Of a DNA stretch of 64,000 nt, positions 10,781-21,653 are shown piece by piece. Made by a program: the position numbers and the translations under genes. The notes beneath the pieces were generated by a model that worked only from the letters and a program-made list of their open reading frames with translations, did not search any database and had not been told where the DNA came from. Source of the stretch: a virus; IMG/VR virus record IMGVR_UViG_3300034062_007329, positions 1-64,000 of that record, one strand, 5' to 3'. Positions within the stretch are counted from its first letter, which is position 1. The number at the start of each line of letters is the position of its first letter.

Positions 10781-11411
10781 TGTAAAAACCGAGCAAGAAC
10801 AAGAATCAGTCGAACAACCACAGCTTATTGTATTGCCAAGTGAAGAACAAAAAGTAGTAATGAGAACAATTGGTCTTATAGGCGATGTTGATGAAGAAAA
10901 GGCTGGTGAAATAATCTATGGAATGCTAACGCTTAGGGAATATGGAAAACTACCAGATGATACGCAAGCTAAAGGAAAAAGCAAAAAACAACTATATGAG
11001 CCTTTTGAATTTTATCTTTCAACTCATGGCGGTTCTGCATCAGACATGTTTGCGATTTATGATGTGATGCGGCAAGTACGCAAGGATTGCGAAATTCATA
11101 CAATTGGTTTAGGAAAAGTAATGAGTGCTGGCGTTTTGTTGCTTGCTGCTGGGACAAAGGGAAAGCGCAAAATCGGAAAACATTGTCGGGTCATGATTCA
11201 TTCAGTATTAGCAGGTAATGAAGGACCACTTCATAATCTTGAAAATGAGTTAGAGGAAATTAAGTGGACGCAAAAAAAGTACATCGATGCCCTTATTGCA
11301 GAAACAAAAATGACTCAAACAAGCATTAATAAGCTTTTGCAAAAACACGTTAATATTTATCTCTCAGCGGAAGAGGCTGTTAAGTATGGTATTGCAGACG
11401 AGGTGGTATAA
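10773..11411 (+). CDS. clpP: ClpP-family protease subunit
   Basis: STHGGS, GKVMSAGVLLLAAG (Ser), VMIH (His), YLSAEEAVKYGIADEV. Confidence 0.92.
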   Translation: MANVKTEQEQESVEQPQLIVLPSEEQKVVMRTIGLIGDVDEEKAGEIIYGMLTLREYGKLPDDTQAKGKSKKQLYEPFEFYLSTHGGSASDMFAIYDVMRQVRKDCEIHTIGLGKVMSAGVLLLAAGTKGKRKIGKHCRVMIHSVLAGNEGPLHNLENELEEIKWTQKKYIDALIAETKMTQTSINKLLQKHVNIYLSAEEAVKYGIADEVV

Positions 11412-12976
11412 TGGCGAAGAAAGATCTTGAGTTAAAGCTTGAAGAGATATATTATGAAACGGACGGTGTACTTGGGACAAAGCTCCTAAGAGAAGCATTA
11501 ACAAAAACTTTCTTAAAGAAACTAAGAGAAAAAACAATTTTAGAAGGCAGAGGTATGCCTTTTAGAACACCTGGTGATCTGTTTCAAAATGAACAAAATA
11601 GAGCTATAACATTTTCTAATGCCATAATTTTACCAGATGGTGGAGGGTCTTTTCCTTCTAAAGAAGAGGCACAAGAGGCAGTTGAGGCTGTTTCACAGCA
11701 GGAACAAATAGAGTTAGAAAAAATTGTTAATATGCCTAATAGGGCTGCAATGATTGTTGTTTTTAACGACGAAAATGCAAAAAAAATAGGCTTTGTTAAG
11801 TATTTTGCTTCAACGCCAGCCGATGGTAAAGAAAAATGGGCTGAGAAAAATTTTAAGCTTGATACTGGATATTATAGAAGCGCTAAGGACGGAAAAATCT
11901 CTACATCATCTTTGGAAAGTTTGCCAATAAAACCAACTGATTTAGTTGGTGATGAAAAAGTTAGAAACGTTAAAAAATTAAAGGATCATATTTTAGCAAA
12001 AGCTAATACTTTATTGTCTTCTGGGGCTTTGTCGGCAGAAGCTTATGGTCATATAGAAAAAATTATTAATAATTCTGTAAACAATATAAAAGGTGATAAC
12101 GTCCTAAAAAACGGCGCACAGTACGCACCAGCTTATGATAAATATCTTAGTGAAATATTGGCTCCAATTTCTTTAGTTACTGGTTGGTTGTCTACTGGTG
12201 ATAGACAGCAAAGCGAAAGTGTTTTATTAAAAGGAAAAAATTATTCTTCTATGAAAATTGCTTTTAACATAAGCCCAAATGAAAGATTAGTTGATTCAAA
12301 ATTAGTTCATGCAGACGGAACAGAAGTAAAAATAAGTTCAAAAGCTGGTTCTGGAGCGGCTTCTACTATTACAACATTCAATGATATACTAAAAAATTTG
12401 AAAAAAAACGATCAAAAGAATTATAAAGATTTTTTGGAAAAATATCCGCTATTGTCACAAACTCTTGAAATAATATCTGATAACGACTGGTTTGATGGAC
12501 CTGTGATATTAGGTAAAAATATAGGTTTACTTAAAAGTGATGACATAACTGTTTTAAAAAAAATTAAAGAGAGCGAAAGATTAAATTTGGCAAACTTTAA
12601 AAAAGAAATAAGCCTAACAGAAAATCTCAAAGAAATTTCAAGAACATTTAAAGGGACTTCGCCAGACGAAATGACGACAGCAGAGCCAGGATATGAACCA
12701 AAATTACATGTTATTTCTGCAATTGCAAAACAGGTCGTTCTCAGAATTAATTCTGACCCAAGTTTCGATCAAGGTATCAGAAACTTATTAAGTAAATCAA
12801 ATATGGTGCAGATTAACTCAAGTATAAAATTAACTGGAGATAAAAAAGCTGATTGTGAGTTTGTTAATTTTGAAGTTAGATATCCGCCAGTTTTTAAAGG
12901 CTCTATAAAACTTGATGCAGCTAAAAACTATAGTGCTACAAGAATAAGAGGAAAAATATCTTTCAAAATGGTATAA
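11411..12976 (+). CDS. Hypothetical protein with PD-(D/E)xK-like nuclease motif
   Basis: YLSEILAP...LVDSKLVHADGTEVKISSKAG (E...D...SxK). Confidence 0.5.
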   Translation: MAKKDLELKLEEIYYETDGVLGTKLLREALTKTFLKKLREKTILEGRGMPFRTPGDLFQNEQNRAITFSNAIILPDGGGSFPSKEEAQEAVEAVSQQEQIELEKIVNMPNRAAMIVVFNDENAKKIGFVKYFASTPADGKEKWAEKNFKLDTGYYRSAKDGKISTSSLESLPIKPTDLVGDEKVRNVKKLKDHILAKANTLLSSGALSAEAYGHIEKIINNSVNNIKGDNVLKNGAQYAPAYDKYLSEILAPISLVTGWLSTGDRQQSESVLLKGKNYSSMKIAFNISPNERLVDSKLVHADGTEVKISSKAGSGAASTITTFNDILKNLKKNDQKNYKDFLEKYPLLSQTLEIISDNDWFDGPVILGKNIGLLKSDDITVLKKIKESERLNLANFKKEISLTENLKEISRTFKGTSPDEMTTAEPGYEPKLHVISAIAKQVVLRINSDPSFDQGIRNLLSKSNMVQINSSIKLTGDKKADCEFVNFEVRYPPVFKGSIKLDAAKNYSATRIRGKISFKMV

Positions 12977-12982
12977 AAATTT

Positions 12983-14236
12983 ATGACTAAAAACTTTAAA
13001 AAATTTTTACTTGAATTAACGCAGATTGCGCTTGAAGAAGAATTAGAAAGACAAGAAGAACTAATGTCTTTTATCAATAGCTCTTTATCAAAACTTGACG
13101 AAGAGAAACTAAAAATAGTTTCCATAACTCCTTCAAATAAAAGTGACATGGCTTTAGTTGTTAGATTTGAGGATAAAGAAAATATAGAAAAAGCCAGGAA
13201 TAGTATTAAAAATGCTATTAAAAGTGCGGGGATCTCTTTACAGGATAGAGTCATTCCTAAATTTGATTCTTCTATAGAATGTACTGAAGTAAGCTATTCT
13301 GACGGCAGTGGAAGAGTTTATATTGTTTATAAATATGATATAGGTTCAAGAGAGGGTCTTGCTCTTGAGCATGTTGTCGGACTTGTTTTAACTGGTAAAA
13401 TAACCGACGAATTGAAGAATAGGTTAAACCTACCGCCAGAAGCGTCTAAGCAAGACGTAAAACAAAAGCTTAAAGATGAATTTGCTGATGTTTTACAGAT
13501 TGCATTAAACAGCAAAAAAATGATAGAAGAAAAAACTGGGAAAATAATCTCTTCTGAATCTTTAGGAAGCAAAAACTCCAAAGCTGATTTAATTTTAACT
13601 AATGAAGATGGAGCAAAATACGGGCTCTCAATAAAGTTAGTAACAGAAGAGGGAAGAGAAATACGCTTTACTTATAATAAAAATATAGGGTATGGCGATG
13701 AAGAAGAAGATAACCTTGTTAAAAATCCTTCTGGCAAACCTTGGTGGATTGTTGGAAGACAAATATTTGCTAAAAAATTAGGTCGTTCGTATAATCCAAA
13801 AAAAGATAATTTTGAACCGCCAAGTTGGATGGAAAAAGCTAAAGAAAATAAAAAAGATCTATACAAAGAGGCTATGGAAGAAGTATACGAGCAGATCAGA
13901 GATGTTTTTATAAGTAATTTAAGGAAAATGAAATTAAAGGATCTTGTCGCGATGGTAAACGAAGCACAGCTCGGCTCAAAAGAAGAGCGAAAAGAATATC
14001 AAAAACTTTTTGTGCTTGTATCAGATGTCGACGGATTGAGAGTAGAAGAAAAAAAATATAGGCAACCAGATATAGAAAAAATATCTGGATTAAGTAAGAA
14101 AGATATTATTATGGCGGATGGAGCAAAAATTATAATTGACATACCAGGATTGGAGCCGCTTACAATTCATGGTTTAAAGTTTCAGAACAATATGTTATCA
14201 TCCTCAATGAACGATCTGAAGATCAAAACCCGATAA
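12983..14236 (+). CDS. Hypothetical protein with PD-(D/E)xK-like nuclease motif
   Basis: GLALEHVV...SKADLILTNEDGAKYGLSIKL. Confidence 0.55.
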   Translation: MTKNFKKFLLELTQIALEEELERQEELMSFINSSLSKLDEEKLKIVSITPSNKSDMALVVRFEDKENIEKARNSIKNAIKSAGISLQDRVIPKFDSSIECTEVSYSDGSGRVYIVYKYDIGSREGLALEHVVGLVLTGKITDELKNRLNLPPEASKQDVKQKLKDEFADVLQIALNSKKMIEEKTGKIISSESLGSKNSKADLILTNEDGAKYGLSIKLVTEEGREIRFTYNKNIGYGDEEEDNLVKNPSGKPWWIVGRQIFAKKLGRSYNPKKDNFEPPSWMEKAKENKKDLYKEAMEEVYEQIRDVFISNLRKMKLKDLVAMVNEAQLGSKEERKEYQKLFVLVSDVDGLRVEEKKYRQPDIEKISGLSKKDIIMADGAKIIIDIPGLEPLTIHGLKFQNNMLSSSMNDLKIKTR

Positions 14237-14254
14237 GAAAGGTCTGGTGTATTC

Positions 14255-15835
14255 GTGAAAGTATATGATAATGGTTTGTCTCTTAATACAAAAATTTTAA
14301 CAGGTGTAAATAAATTAGCAGATGCAGTTTCTGCGACTCTCGGTCCCAAAGGCAAGAACGTAGTAATTCATTTAAAAGGTCGTAATCCAATAATCACAAA
14401 AGATGGTGTTACCGTAGCACATGCAGTTGAGCTACAAGATCCTTTTGAAAACGTAGGCGCACAAGTTCTAAAACAAGCCTCTGCTGTAACAGCTCAAGAA
14501 GCTGGCGATGGAACAACTACTGCTACCGTGTTGGCTCGTTCTATTATGAACGAAGCCCAGAAATACATTATTGCAGGAGCGTCTCCAACAGATCTAAAAC
14601 GTGGCATGGATGCTGCTGTTGAATATATTGTAAAAAAGATTGAGGAAAATGCAAGACCAGTTGCAAGCTTAGAGAACATTGAGCATGTTGCCACAATATC
14701 GGCTAACGGCGATAAAAAGATTGGTAAACTAATTGCGACAGCAGTTGATAAAGTGGGTAAGGATGGAGCGATCACTATTGAGGCTGGAAAGAGTGTTGAA
14801 ACCAGTTTAGATATAGTTGAAGGTTTCCAAGTTAATTCTGGCTATTTATCGCCACAATTTGTTACCGATGAAACAAGAGCCGTAATGCGATTTGATGATG
14901 CGCGGCTTCTTATTACAGACCATAGCATAGATAATTTAGATGATCTTTTTCCTGTTTTAGAGATTATGGCAAGAGAAAAGAAGCCATTCGTTATAATCGC
15001 TGAAAACGTAGAAGGTCAAGCTCTTGCAGCCTTGATCTTAAATGCTGTTCGTGGTAGTATGAAGATCGGCGTTATTAAAGCTCCTAAGTATGGCGAGGAG
15101 CGTAGAAATATTATGAAAGATTTAGCCCTTGCAACTGGTGCCACATTCATTACACGCGAAAGTGGAAGACCATTACGTGATGCAAAATTAAAAGATTTAG
15201 GAACAGCTAAGACTGTAGAATCATTAAAGTTGCACACTACAATCGTCGGCGGTGGTGGTAATTATGAGGAAGTCGAGCGCCATATTGAGAGATTAAAGCA
15301 GGAAATTTTGCAGACCGAAGACCTCGCGGAGTGCGAGCGCATCCAAGAAAGAATTACCAGACTCGCCAGCGGGGTCGCCATAATTCGTGTGGGCGGTACG
15401 ACTGAAGTAGACATGGTGGAGCGTAAACACCGCGTTGAAGATGCCCTTGAAGCTGTTAAATCAGCGCAACAAGAAGGTATTTTACCAGGCGGCGGCGTTG
15501 CGCTTTTAAAGCTATCCAAGAATTTAGAAGAAGAAGTAACAGTAGACAACAGCGATGAACGGTTTGGTCTTAAGATCGTTCAGAGAGCCTGTGAAGAACC
15601 TATCCGTAAGCTTTCTGAGAATTGTGGTGATAAGCCAGATGTTGTTGTCGATACAGTATTAAATAAATGCGGTGATGACATCTGGAGTGGGCGTAATTTT
15701 TCAACTGGTGAATATGTAAATATGGATACGGCAGGGGTCATAGATCCAGCAAAAGTAACTCGTTGTGCGTTGCAAAATGCGGTTTCGGCTGCCTCAACAT
15801 TATTAACTACCTCGCATGCAATTGTTGATACTTAA
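14255..15835 (+). CDS. groEL: Chaperonin GroEL-like
   Basis: TLGPKGKNV, ITKDGVTVA, AGDGTTTATVLA, EDALEA, PGGGVAL, GVIDPAKV; no GGM tail. Confidence 0.96.
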   Translation: MKVYDNGLSLNTKILTGVNKLADAVSATLGPKGKNVVIHLKGRNPIITKDGVTVAHAVELQDPFENVGAQVLKQASAVTAQEAGDGTTTATVLARSIMNEAQKYIIAGASPTDLKRGMDAAVEYIVKKIEENARPVASLENIEHVATISANGDKKIGKLIATAVDKVGKDGAITIEAGKSVETSLDIVEGFQVNSGYLSPQFVTDETRAVMRFDDARLLITDHSIDNLDDLFPVLEIMAREKKPFVIIAENVEGQALAALILNAVRGSMKIGVIKAPKYGEERRNIMKDLALATGATFITRESGRPLRDAKLKDLGTAKTVESLKLHTTIVGGGGNYEEVERHIERLKQEILQTEDLAECERIQERITRLASGVAIIRVGGTTEVDMVERKHRVEDALEAVKSAQQEGILPGGGVALLKLSKNLEEEVTVDNSDERFGLKIVQRACEEPIRKLSENCGDKPDVVVDTVLNKCGDDIWSGRNFSTGEYVNMDTAGVIDPAKVTRCALQNAVSAASTLLTTSHAIVDT

Positions 15836-15870
15836 TACTATTTATTATTACAAACCGCGAGGAGCACCCG

Positions 15871-16191
15871 ATGCCATTATCAGATGAGAAAGTAATAGAA
15901 TTAAATCAAAGCTTGAATGAGTTAAAAGTTAATACACATACGATTGTAGTAAAGATGGAACAAATTTATGATTCTATTGAAAAATTAGAAAAAACAGTAG
16001 AAACAATAAGCACGGCTGTCTCTTCTCAAGAAAAAAGATTAACTGTTTTAGAGCAATCAATGCCTAAAAATCTTATAGAAGATTTAGCCCTTCTTAAGAA
16101 TTCTCAGGAAACATATAGTAAAATACTGTGGCTTGTCGGCGGTGGTGTTTTGGCTTCCTTAATGCAGTCTTTTTTTAAAGTTATTCCATAG
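15871..16191 (+). CDS. Coiled-coil protein with C-terminal TM helix (holin/XhlA-like architecture)
   Basis: Heptad-like N-terminus, ILWLVGGGVLASLM; ACTATTTA and GAGGAG upstream. Confidence 0.5.
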   Translation: MPLSDEKVIELNQSLNELKVNTHTIVVKMEQIYDSIEKLEKTVETISTAVSSQEKRLTVLEQSMPKNLIEDLALLKNSQETYSKILWLVGGGVLASLMQSFFKVIP

Positions 16192-16264
16192 CTTTACTTT
16201 TTTAAATTCTTGTGATAGATTGAAGGACAGATGAAAATCTGTCCTTTTTATTTGGAGAAAATAA

Positions 16265-17967
16265 ATGAATGCAAAAATAAAAATCACGGTGCCAATAGAT
16301 AAAGTACATCTAAAAATAGCTTCTATATTGAAAGAAGTTTGCGAAGAATTAAATATTACAGCTAAAGAAACAGCAGAAATCGCGGAACAAACTTCAAAAT
16401 CTCAAGATCTCTTACTACAGCTTGATAAAATTGATAAATTAAGAAAAAAAATGGCTCTTCTTGACTCGAACTTAGAAGACTGTTATGATGTGATTGATGG
16501 TCTCGTAAAGTATAAAACAAACAATAAAGGGAAAGAGGATGCTAAGTCTTCAGCCGAATAGAGGAGATGTAGTTAAATTGCCTCAAGGAGTTATTGCATA
16601 TCAGCTACGCGACAAAGATAAAACAGAGATGTCATTACTTTTTTTTGAAGAAATAAAAAAGCCATCAGTTGCAATTTTTGTTGAAAAATTTAATGATAGT
16701 GTTTCAAAATTGATTTATGGAGATAAAATTATTTACGTATATGACAGATGGATCTATAATTTAGAGGAAAAAGATGCTGATCAAGTTAGTTACAGTTAAT
16801 GAAGAAATTGTAAATTTTAACAACTCACAGGGACATAAAAAATATTATGTTTCACAAGTTTATATTAACCCATATCACGTAGTAGTCTTGAAAGAAGATT
16901 TGCAGTATGTAGAGTTAAATGTAAAAAAGCATTTACCAGAAGGCTTTGAGAAAGACCAAAAATTTACAAGAGTTTTAATAAATCGCGGTAATATGGGCGA
17001 AGAATTTGTGGTAGTTGGAGATATAAAAGGAATTGCTTCAAAACTAAACGAGGGAATGCATGGCAATCAGACTAAGTAAAAACGGCAAGAGACTTGGAAG
17101 ACCACCAAAAAATAAAAATAGTGGTGTCGTGTTCGTAAGTCCAGTAGAAATTAAAAAAGAAGAAACTTTTGTTGAGCCACCAGCTGACGTGGATTCTGTT
17201 ATAGAATGCGAATTTATGCCAATATCTCAATTTTCTCATGCCCCAACAGGAGAAAAAAAAGAAGGGCGCTATATGACCAGTATTTATTCTATTGATGGTT
17301 TTGGAAAAAATAGATGGGTTGTTGGTGCTTATATAAAAGCCGACTTAGAAAAATATAAAATTCTAAGATGGCATGATAGTGAAATAGTTAAAAGATGCGT
17401 AAATTATCTTAATTCTATAGCTATTAATAAAAAAGGTAAGAAAAAATACGGAAATCTACAACTACATAAATTTAACAAAATTAATAAATTTGGTCAAGAA
17501 ATTATAGTAGTTGAATTAATTACTGATGAAAGAAAAAACGAAAATTTCTGGGGCGAAGGAGAACGTATGTAATGCCTCCATCTAAAAAGAAAAAAACAGC
17601 AGTAAAATATTATACTATTGTATTTGAAAAATACATGGATATAGTCACGGAAGTAGACAAAACGTACCATATACTATCTGATAAAGTTAAAGAATTGGTG
17701 CAAGAAATCGATATAGAAGATTGGTACGATAGCAGCCTACCAGACTTTATTGAAATATTTTTATTAGTCGATACTTATAAAGAATTTTTGGATGACAAGA
17801 TTAACAATCCTTCAGAAGAAGAGATACAAGTCACTGTAAAAAATAACATAAAAGATGTTTTATTTACTAAAGATCAATTGCAATATATGCAAGACTTATA
17901 TTTTTCTTTAGAAATGAAAAAAGAATACTTATTATTTAAGTATAATTTTAGCTGTTCGCTAAATTAG
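16265..17967 (+). CDS. Five hypothetical genes (16265-16561, 16539-16799, 16774-17079, 17060-17572, 17572-17967)
   Basis: Contiguous overlapping ORFs; 17060 has an AT-hook-like KRLGRPPK. Confidence 0.6.
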
Positions 17968-18044
17968 TCCCTTGACAGCAAAAATGTATGTCTTATCTTA
18001 TGATTGTCAGTGGGAAAACCGCTCTTAACCATAAGGAGAAAAAA

Positions 18045-18404
18045 ATGACACTACGTAATCCATATGAAAGATTGTTCAATGATATCATGGGCGAATTTAT
18101 CCACCCAGAGATGATTTCTGATACTTACCACACTTACTCTACAAAAGATGCTTATATTATTGAAATGCCATTAGTTGGAGCAACAAAAGAAGAGCTTAAT
18201 ATAAATGTAGAAGGAGACTTCTTAAAGATAGAAGCAAAACCATCTAAGAAATCAAAATTTGTTAAGAATACAGCAGTCCACTTCTCTTTAAGAGAAGATA
18301 CGGACATCAACAACATCTCGGCAAAGTTAGAAAATGGTCTGCTGCTTGTGACAATCCCAAAAACAACTCCAGAAAAGAAAACAGTAAACATTAAAATAAA
18401 CTAA
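18045..18404 (+). CDS. Small heat-shock protein (Hsp20/alpha-crystallin)
   Basis: ISAKLENGLLLVTIPK; AAGGAG RBS. Confidence 0.9.
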   Translation: MTLRNPYERLFNDIMGEFIHPEMISDTYHTYSTKDAYIIEMPLVGATKEELNINVEGDFLKIEAKPSKKSKFVKNTAVHFSLREDTDINNISAKLENGLLLVTIPKTTPEKKTVNIKIN

Positions 18405-18424
18405 AACAAGATTTCATGTATAAT

Positions 18425-18453
18425 AAGCGGGAGGCAGAAATGCCTCCCGTTTT
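18425..18453 (+). terminator. Rho-independent terminator
   Basis: GCGGGAGGCA/TGCCTCCCGT stem plus T-run. Confidence 0.7.
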
Positions 18454-18477
18454 GCGTTATGTAAACTACTTATTTGT

Positions 18478-19293
18478 ATGATTAAGATCAAAATAAATCA
18501 CTCAAGAAATAGCCCACCAGTTGATACAACCGATGTGGAATTTAACACACAAAGCAAGATTAGCGGATTTGGTCTAACTACTCCTGATAATGTTATTGGA
18601 CCTGCTGGTGATCCTTTTAGGGCAAGTTCTGCTTTACCAAGACACGCGCTGGAAGAAGAAAGACCCGAAGATCGTCTACCAAGCGGCTACGAAAAACCAG
18701 GCTTTAGTATTTTTAAAGAAGATCATTGCGGGTGCCAATGCGAAGATTGTGCGGAAGAAGAAGGCGAAAGTGTAAAATATTTTGATGAATATCTCGCAGA
18801 AGGTCTTGATGAATCGCTTTTATACGAAAAAAAGGATCGTTGTTATTATCAAGCTAAACAAAAATATGATGTGTTCCCAAGTGCATACGCTTCTGGTTAT
18901 ATAGTTCGCTGCCGAAAAGGCAAGGTTGGTCGTAAGCGTAAAAAAACAAAAGTAAAAGTACGTAAAAAGAAAACAAACGAGAATTTTGAGCTTGACATCG
19001 ATGAACTATTAGAAGAGGGTACTTTTGATAAAGAAAAATCCCAAGGTTTGCATGGTTGGTTCGCCCGTAAAGGCGGTAAAGGCAAAAGCAAAGGCTGGGT
19101 AGATTGTAATACCTGTCGTACAAATCCAAAGACAGGGCGTAAAACTTGTAAAACATGCGGTAGACAAGCTGGTGAAAAGCGAAGCAAATACCCAGCATGT
19201 CGTCCAACTCCTTCTGCTTGTACCAGAACTGGAACCAGAAAAAAACGCGGTCCTATGAGAGTTTCTTGGAAAAAGAAGAAAAAAGAGGAATAA
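18478..19293 (+). CDS. Basic Cys-rich phage protein
   Basis: DRCYYQAKQKYDVFPSAYASG and GLHGWF...WVDC...CGR...YPACRP modules separated by LxE-containing linkers. Confidence 0.65.
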   Translation: MIKIKINHSRNSPPVDTTDVEFNTQSKISGFGLTTPDNVIGPAGDPFRASSALPRHALEEERPEDRLPSGYEKPGFSIFKEDHCGCQCEDCAEEEGESVKYFDEYLAEGLDESLLYEKKDRCYYQAKQKYDVFPSAYASGYIVRCRKGKVGRKRKKTKVKVRKKKTNENFELDIDELLEEGTFDKEKSQGLHGWFARKGGKGKSKGWVDCNTCRTNPKTGRKTCKTCGRQAGEKRSKYPACRPTPSACTRTGTRKKRGPMRVSWKKKKKEE

Positions 19294-19295
19294 AA

Positions 19296-19706
19296 ATGAA
19301 AATTTTAAAAGAAGAGTTGACAAAAATAATCGTAGAATCAATTCAAGAAGCGCTTATTGTAGAACAGATTGGCGACGAAACCGCCGTATTAGAAGACGGA
19401 ACACCAGTTTGCGAAGGATGTTTGTATGAGGATTTAACATGTGGCTGCCCAGATAAGCTGGAAGAAGCAAAATATCAGGGCAGAACTGTTCCATTAGGTA
19501 AGCCAATGCGTGGTGACGTTAAAAAGTTTAAAGTCTATGTTCGTGATCCATCGACTGGTAATGTTAAAAAAGTCAATTTTGGTGATCCAAACATGAAGAT
19601 TAAAAAAAGCAATCCAAAACGCCGCAAAAGCTTCCGCGCCCGTCATAATTGTGACAACCCAGGTCCAAGAACAAAGGCGCGCTATTGGTCATGCCGTAAG
19701 TGGTAA
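19296..19706 (+). CDS. Conserved phage protein with basic C-terminal RARHNC...YWSC domain
   Basis: EAKYQGRTVPLGKP...KKVNFGDPNM...SFRARHNC...ARYWSCRKW. Confidence 0.7.
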   Translation: MKILKEELTKIIVESIQEALIVEQIGDETAVLEDGTPVCEGCLYEDLTCGCPDKLEEAKYQGRTVPLGKPMRGDVKKFKVYVRDPSTGNVKKVNFGDPNMKIKKSNPKRRKSFRARHNCDNPGPRTKARYWSCRKW

Positions 19707-19711
19707 AAACA

Positions 19712-21652
19712 ATGAACAAAGAAAAATTTTATAAGTGGCTTTTTGAAGAAAAGAAAAAAGAACAAGACACAACAAAAAAATTCTTTGTTCTTGTTGGTCC
19801 TCCTGCTGTCGGTAAAACAAGCTGGATCAAGCATTTTATTGAAGAAAGCGGAGAAAGTTATACTGTAATAAGCAGAGACCAAATCATCGAAGACCAGATA
19901 TTTCCAAAATATAAATTAGCTAATAATGAACTATATGGTTTGGTGCCGCCAAAAGACGCAGAAGTGGGACAAATCGTAAACGGCTTTGAAAAATATGGTA
20001 AAGTTATAGAAGACCGCAAAGGTAGGAAAGCTTTTAAAAATATTCTTGAAGCAAATGAAGAAGTCGAAAAGCAAATCAAAAAACAAGTTGACGCTGCTCT
20101 GTCTAAAGAAGAAGAAACTCCTGACAATATAGTAATTGATGCTATTAATGGTACAGAACAAGAAAGAGCTAAAGCCCTTGGTTTGATTACAGACCGACCA
20201 GAATACAAAAAAATAGCTGTATATTTTGAGTTTCAACCGTACAGAAAAGAAATAGAAACAAGAGCACATTTGAGAGCGCAACAAATGAAAAAAGAATTAG
20301 GTGCAACTTTCGGCAGAGAAGTACCAAGCAAAGCGTATGATGCAATGTTTTCAAGAATAACAAAGCCACACAGTTCCGAAGGTTTCGATGAAATATCATC
20401 TTATGATAGTTTTAAGGGAGTTAAAACGCCAACAATGCAACCAACAGCAGAAAGTCTAACTTTAGGATTTAGAAAATATTTGAATGAAGAAATAAATGAA
20501 GAAAATTTTGGTGTTGTAAAAACTGGAAGTGGCTTAAATGTAAATTACGTTTTAATTGATACAAGCGCTTTACTAAAGCTGTATAAGTCATTAGACCCAC
20601 AAAATCCTGACATTAGAAAAAAAGATCTAATCGATAACAATGTTGTTGTCAGCGCAATTAAAATAGCTGAAAATACTCAAGAATTAAAGGATGAATACGG
20701 TACCTGCATGAATGCAAGCCAAGTTAAGGTTTCTGCTGTTAATAAAAATTTAGCACGTAGAGGGTACGGAAAACGCTTATACAAGATCATAATGTCTGAA
20801 CATCCAGAAGGGTTATATCCTGATAGAGATTTTGTTAGCCCTAAAGCTGCGAATGCTTGGGTTGATATGTCTTCCGCTGGGGTTAAATTTAAGGAAATTA
20901 AGGATGGGGATGACACCAGAGATGTTTTTGATGATAAAAATAATCCAAAAACACCAACACCAGAAGATGATTGTGTAATCCATCCACGATATGACGGCGA
21001 TCCTTTGAATAGAGCTTATACTCATGGAGCTGAAAATATCGATGTTTATCTTATGAAGGCTCATGAAGCCCTTGCTACTTGCGAAGAAATGATACCTGGC
21101 GGTTGGACGATTGAATCATTAGAAGATTTAATCGTTGATGCTGGTATGTCTCTTTATGATATAGCAATTGGATACGAAGGAGACTTACAAGAGGCTCGCT
21201 TAAGTAAAGTATGGAAAAAGCGAGCAAAAGCCCGCGCTAATCGTCAACAAAGAGCTTACGATAAAACTGATTTAAAGTGGGCACATAAACGACAATTTGA
21301 AATTCATAAAAAGTATCCAGAGCTTGAGCAAGAATATTTAAAAGAGATAGAAGCTGCCACGCAAGCTTCAAAAGCGGCAAAAGAATATCTTCTAAAAATT
21401 AGAGAATTAAGAAAAAAGAAAATGGAAGAAAAAAAGCAGGAAATGGTTGCTCCAACGGATAAAAATTTGAAGAAAAGACCTAAACCAGCAAACCCATACG
21501 CTGGCGAAGGACCAGAAACAAAAAATTTCCCTTATAAAAAAGCAAGAACTGGTGGTGTTGCTAAGGTTTATCAAAGAAGAGCAAGCAAGACACCATCCGC
21601 AGCCCCAGGTGAAGCTTGGGCTTTAGAAGAAGAAACCGAAAAAAAGGAATAA
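19712..21652 (+). CDS. P-loop kinase (PNK/AAA_33-like) fused to GNAT-like domain
   Basis: LVGPPAVGKTSW, ISRD, IVIDAIN; second domain RRGYGKRLY...SPKAANAW. Confidence 0.7.
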   Translation: MNKEKFYKWLFEEKKKEQDTTKKFFVLVGPPAVGKTSWIKHFIEESGESYTVISRDQIIEDQIFPKYKLANNELYGLVPPKDAEVGQIVNGFEKYGKVIEDRKGRKAFKNILEANEEVEKQIKKQVDAALSKEEETPDNIVIDAINGTEQERAKALGLITDRPEYKKIAVYFEFQPYRKEIETRAHLRAQQMKKELGATFGREVPSKAYDAMFSRITKPHSSEGFDEISSYDSFKGVKTPTMQPTAESLTLGFRKYLNEEINEENFGVVKTGSGLNVNYVLIDTSALLKLYKSLDPQNPDIRKKDLIDNNVVVSAIKIAENTQELKDEYGTCMNASQVKVSAVNKNLARRGYGKRLYKIIMSEHPEGLYPDRDFVSPKAANAWVDMSSAGVKFKEIKDGDDTRDVFDDKNNPKTPTPEDDCVIHPRYDGDPLNRAYTHGAENIDVYLMKAHEALATCEEMIPGGWTIESLEDLIVDAGMSLYDIAIGYEGDLQEARLSKVWKKRAKARANRQQRAYDKTDLKWAHKRQFEIHKKYPELEQEYLKEIEAATQASKAAKEYLLKIRELRKKKMEEKKQEMVAPTDKNLKKRPKPANPYAGEGPETKNFPYKKARTGGVAKVYQRRASKTPSAAPGEAWALEEETEKKE

Positions 21653-21653
21653 A

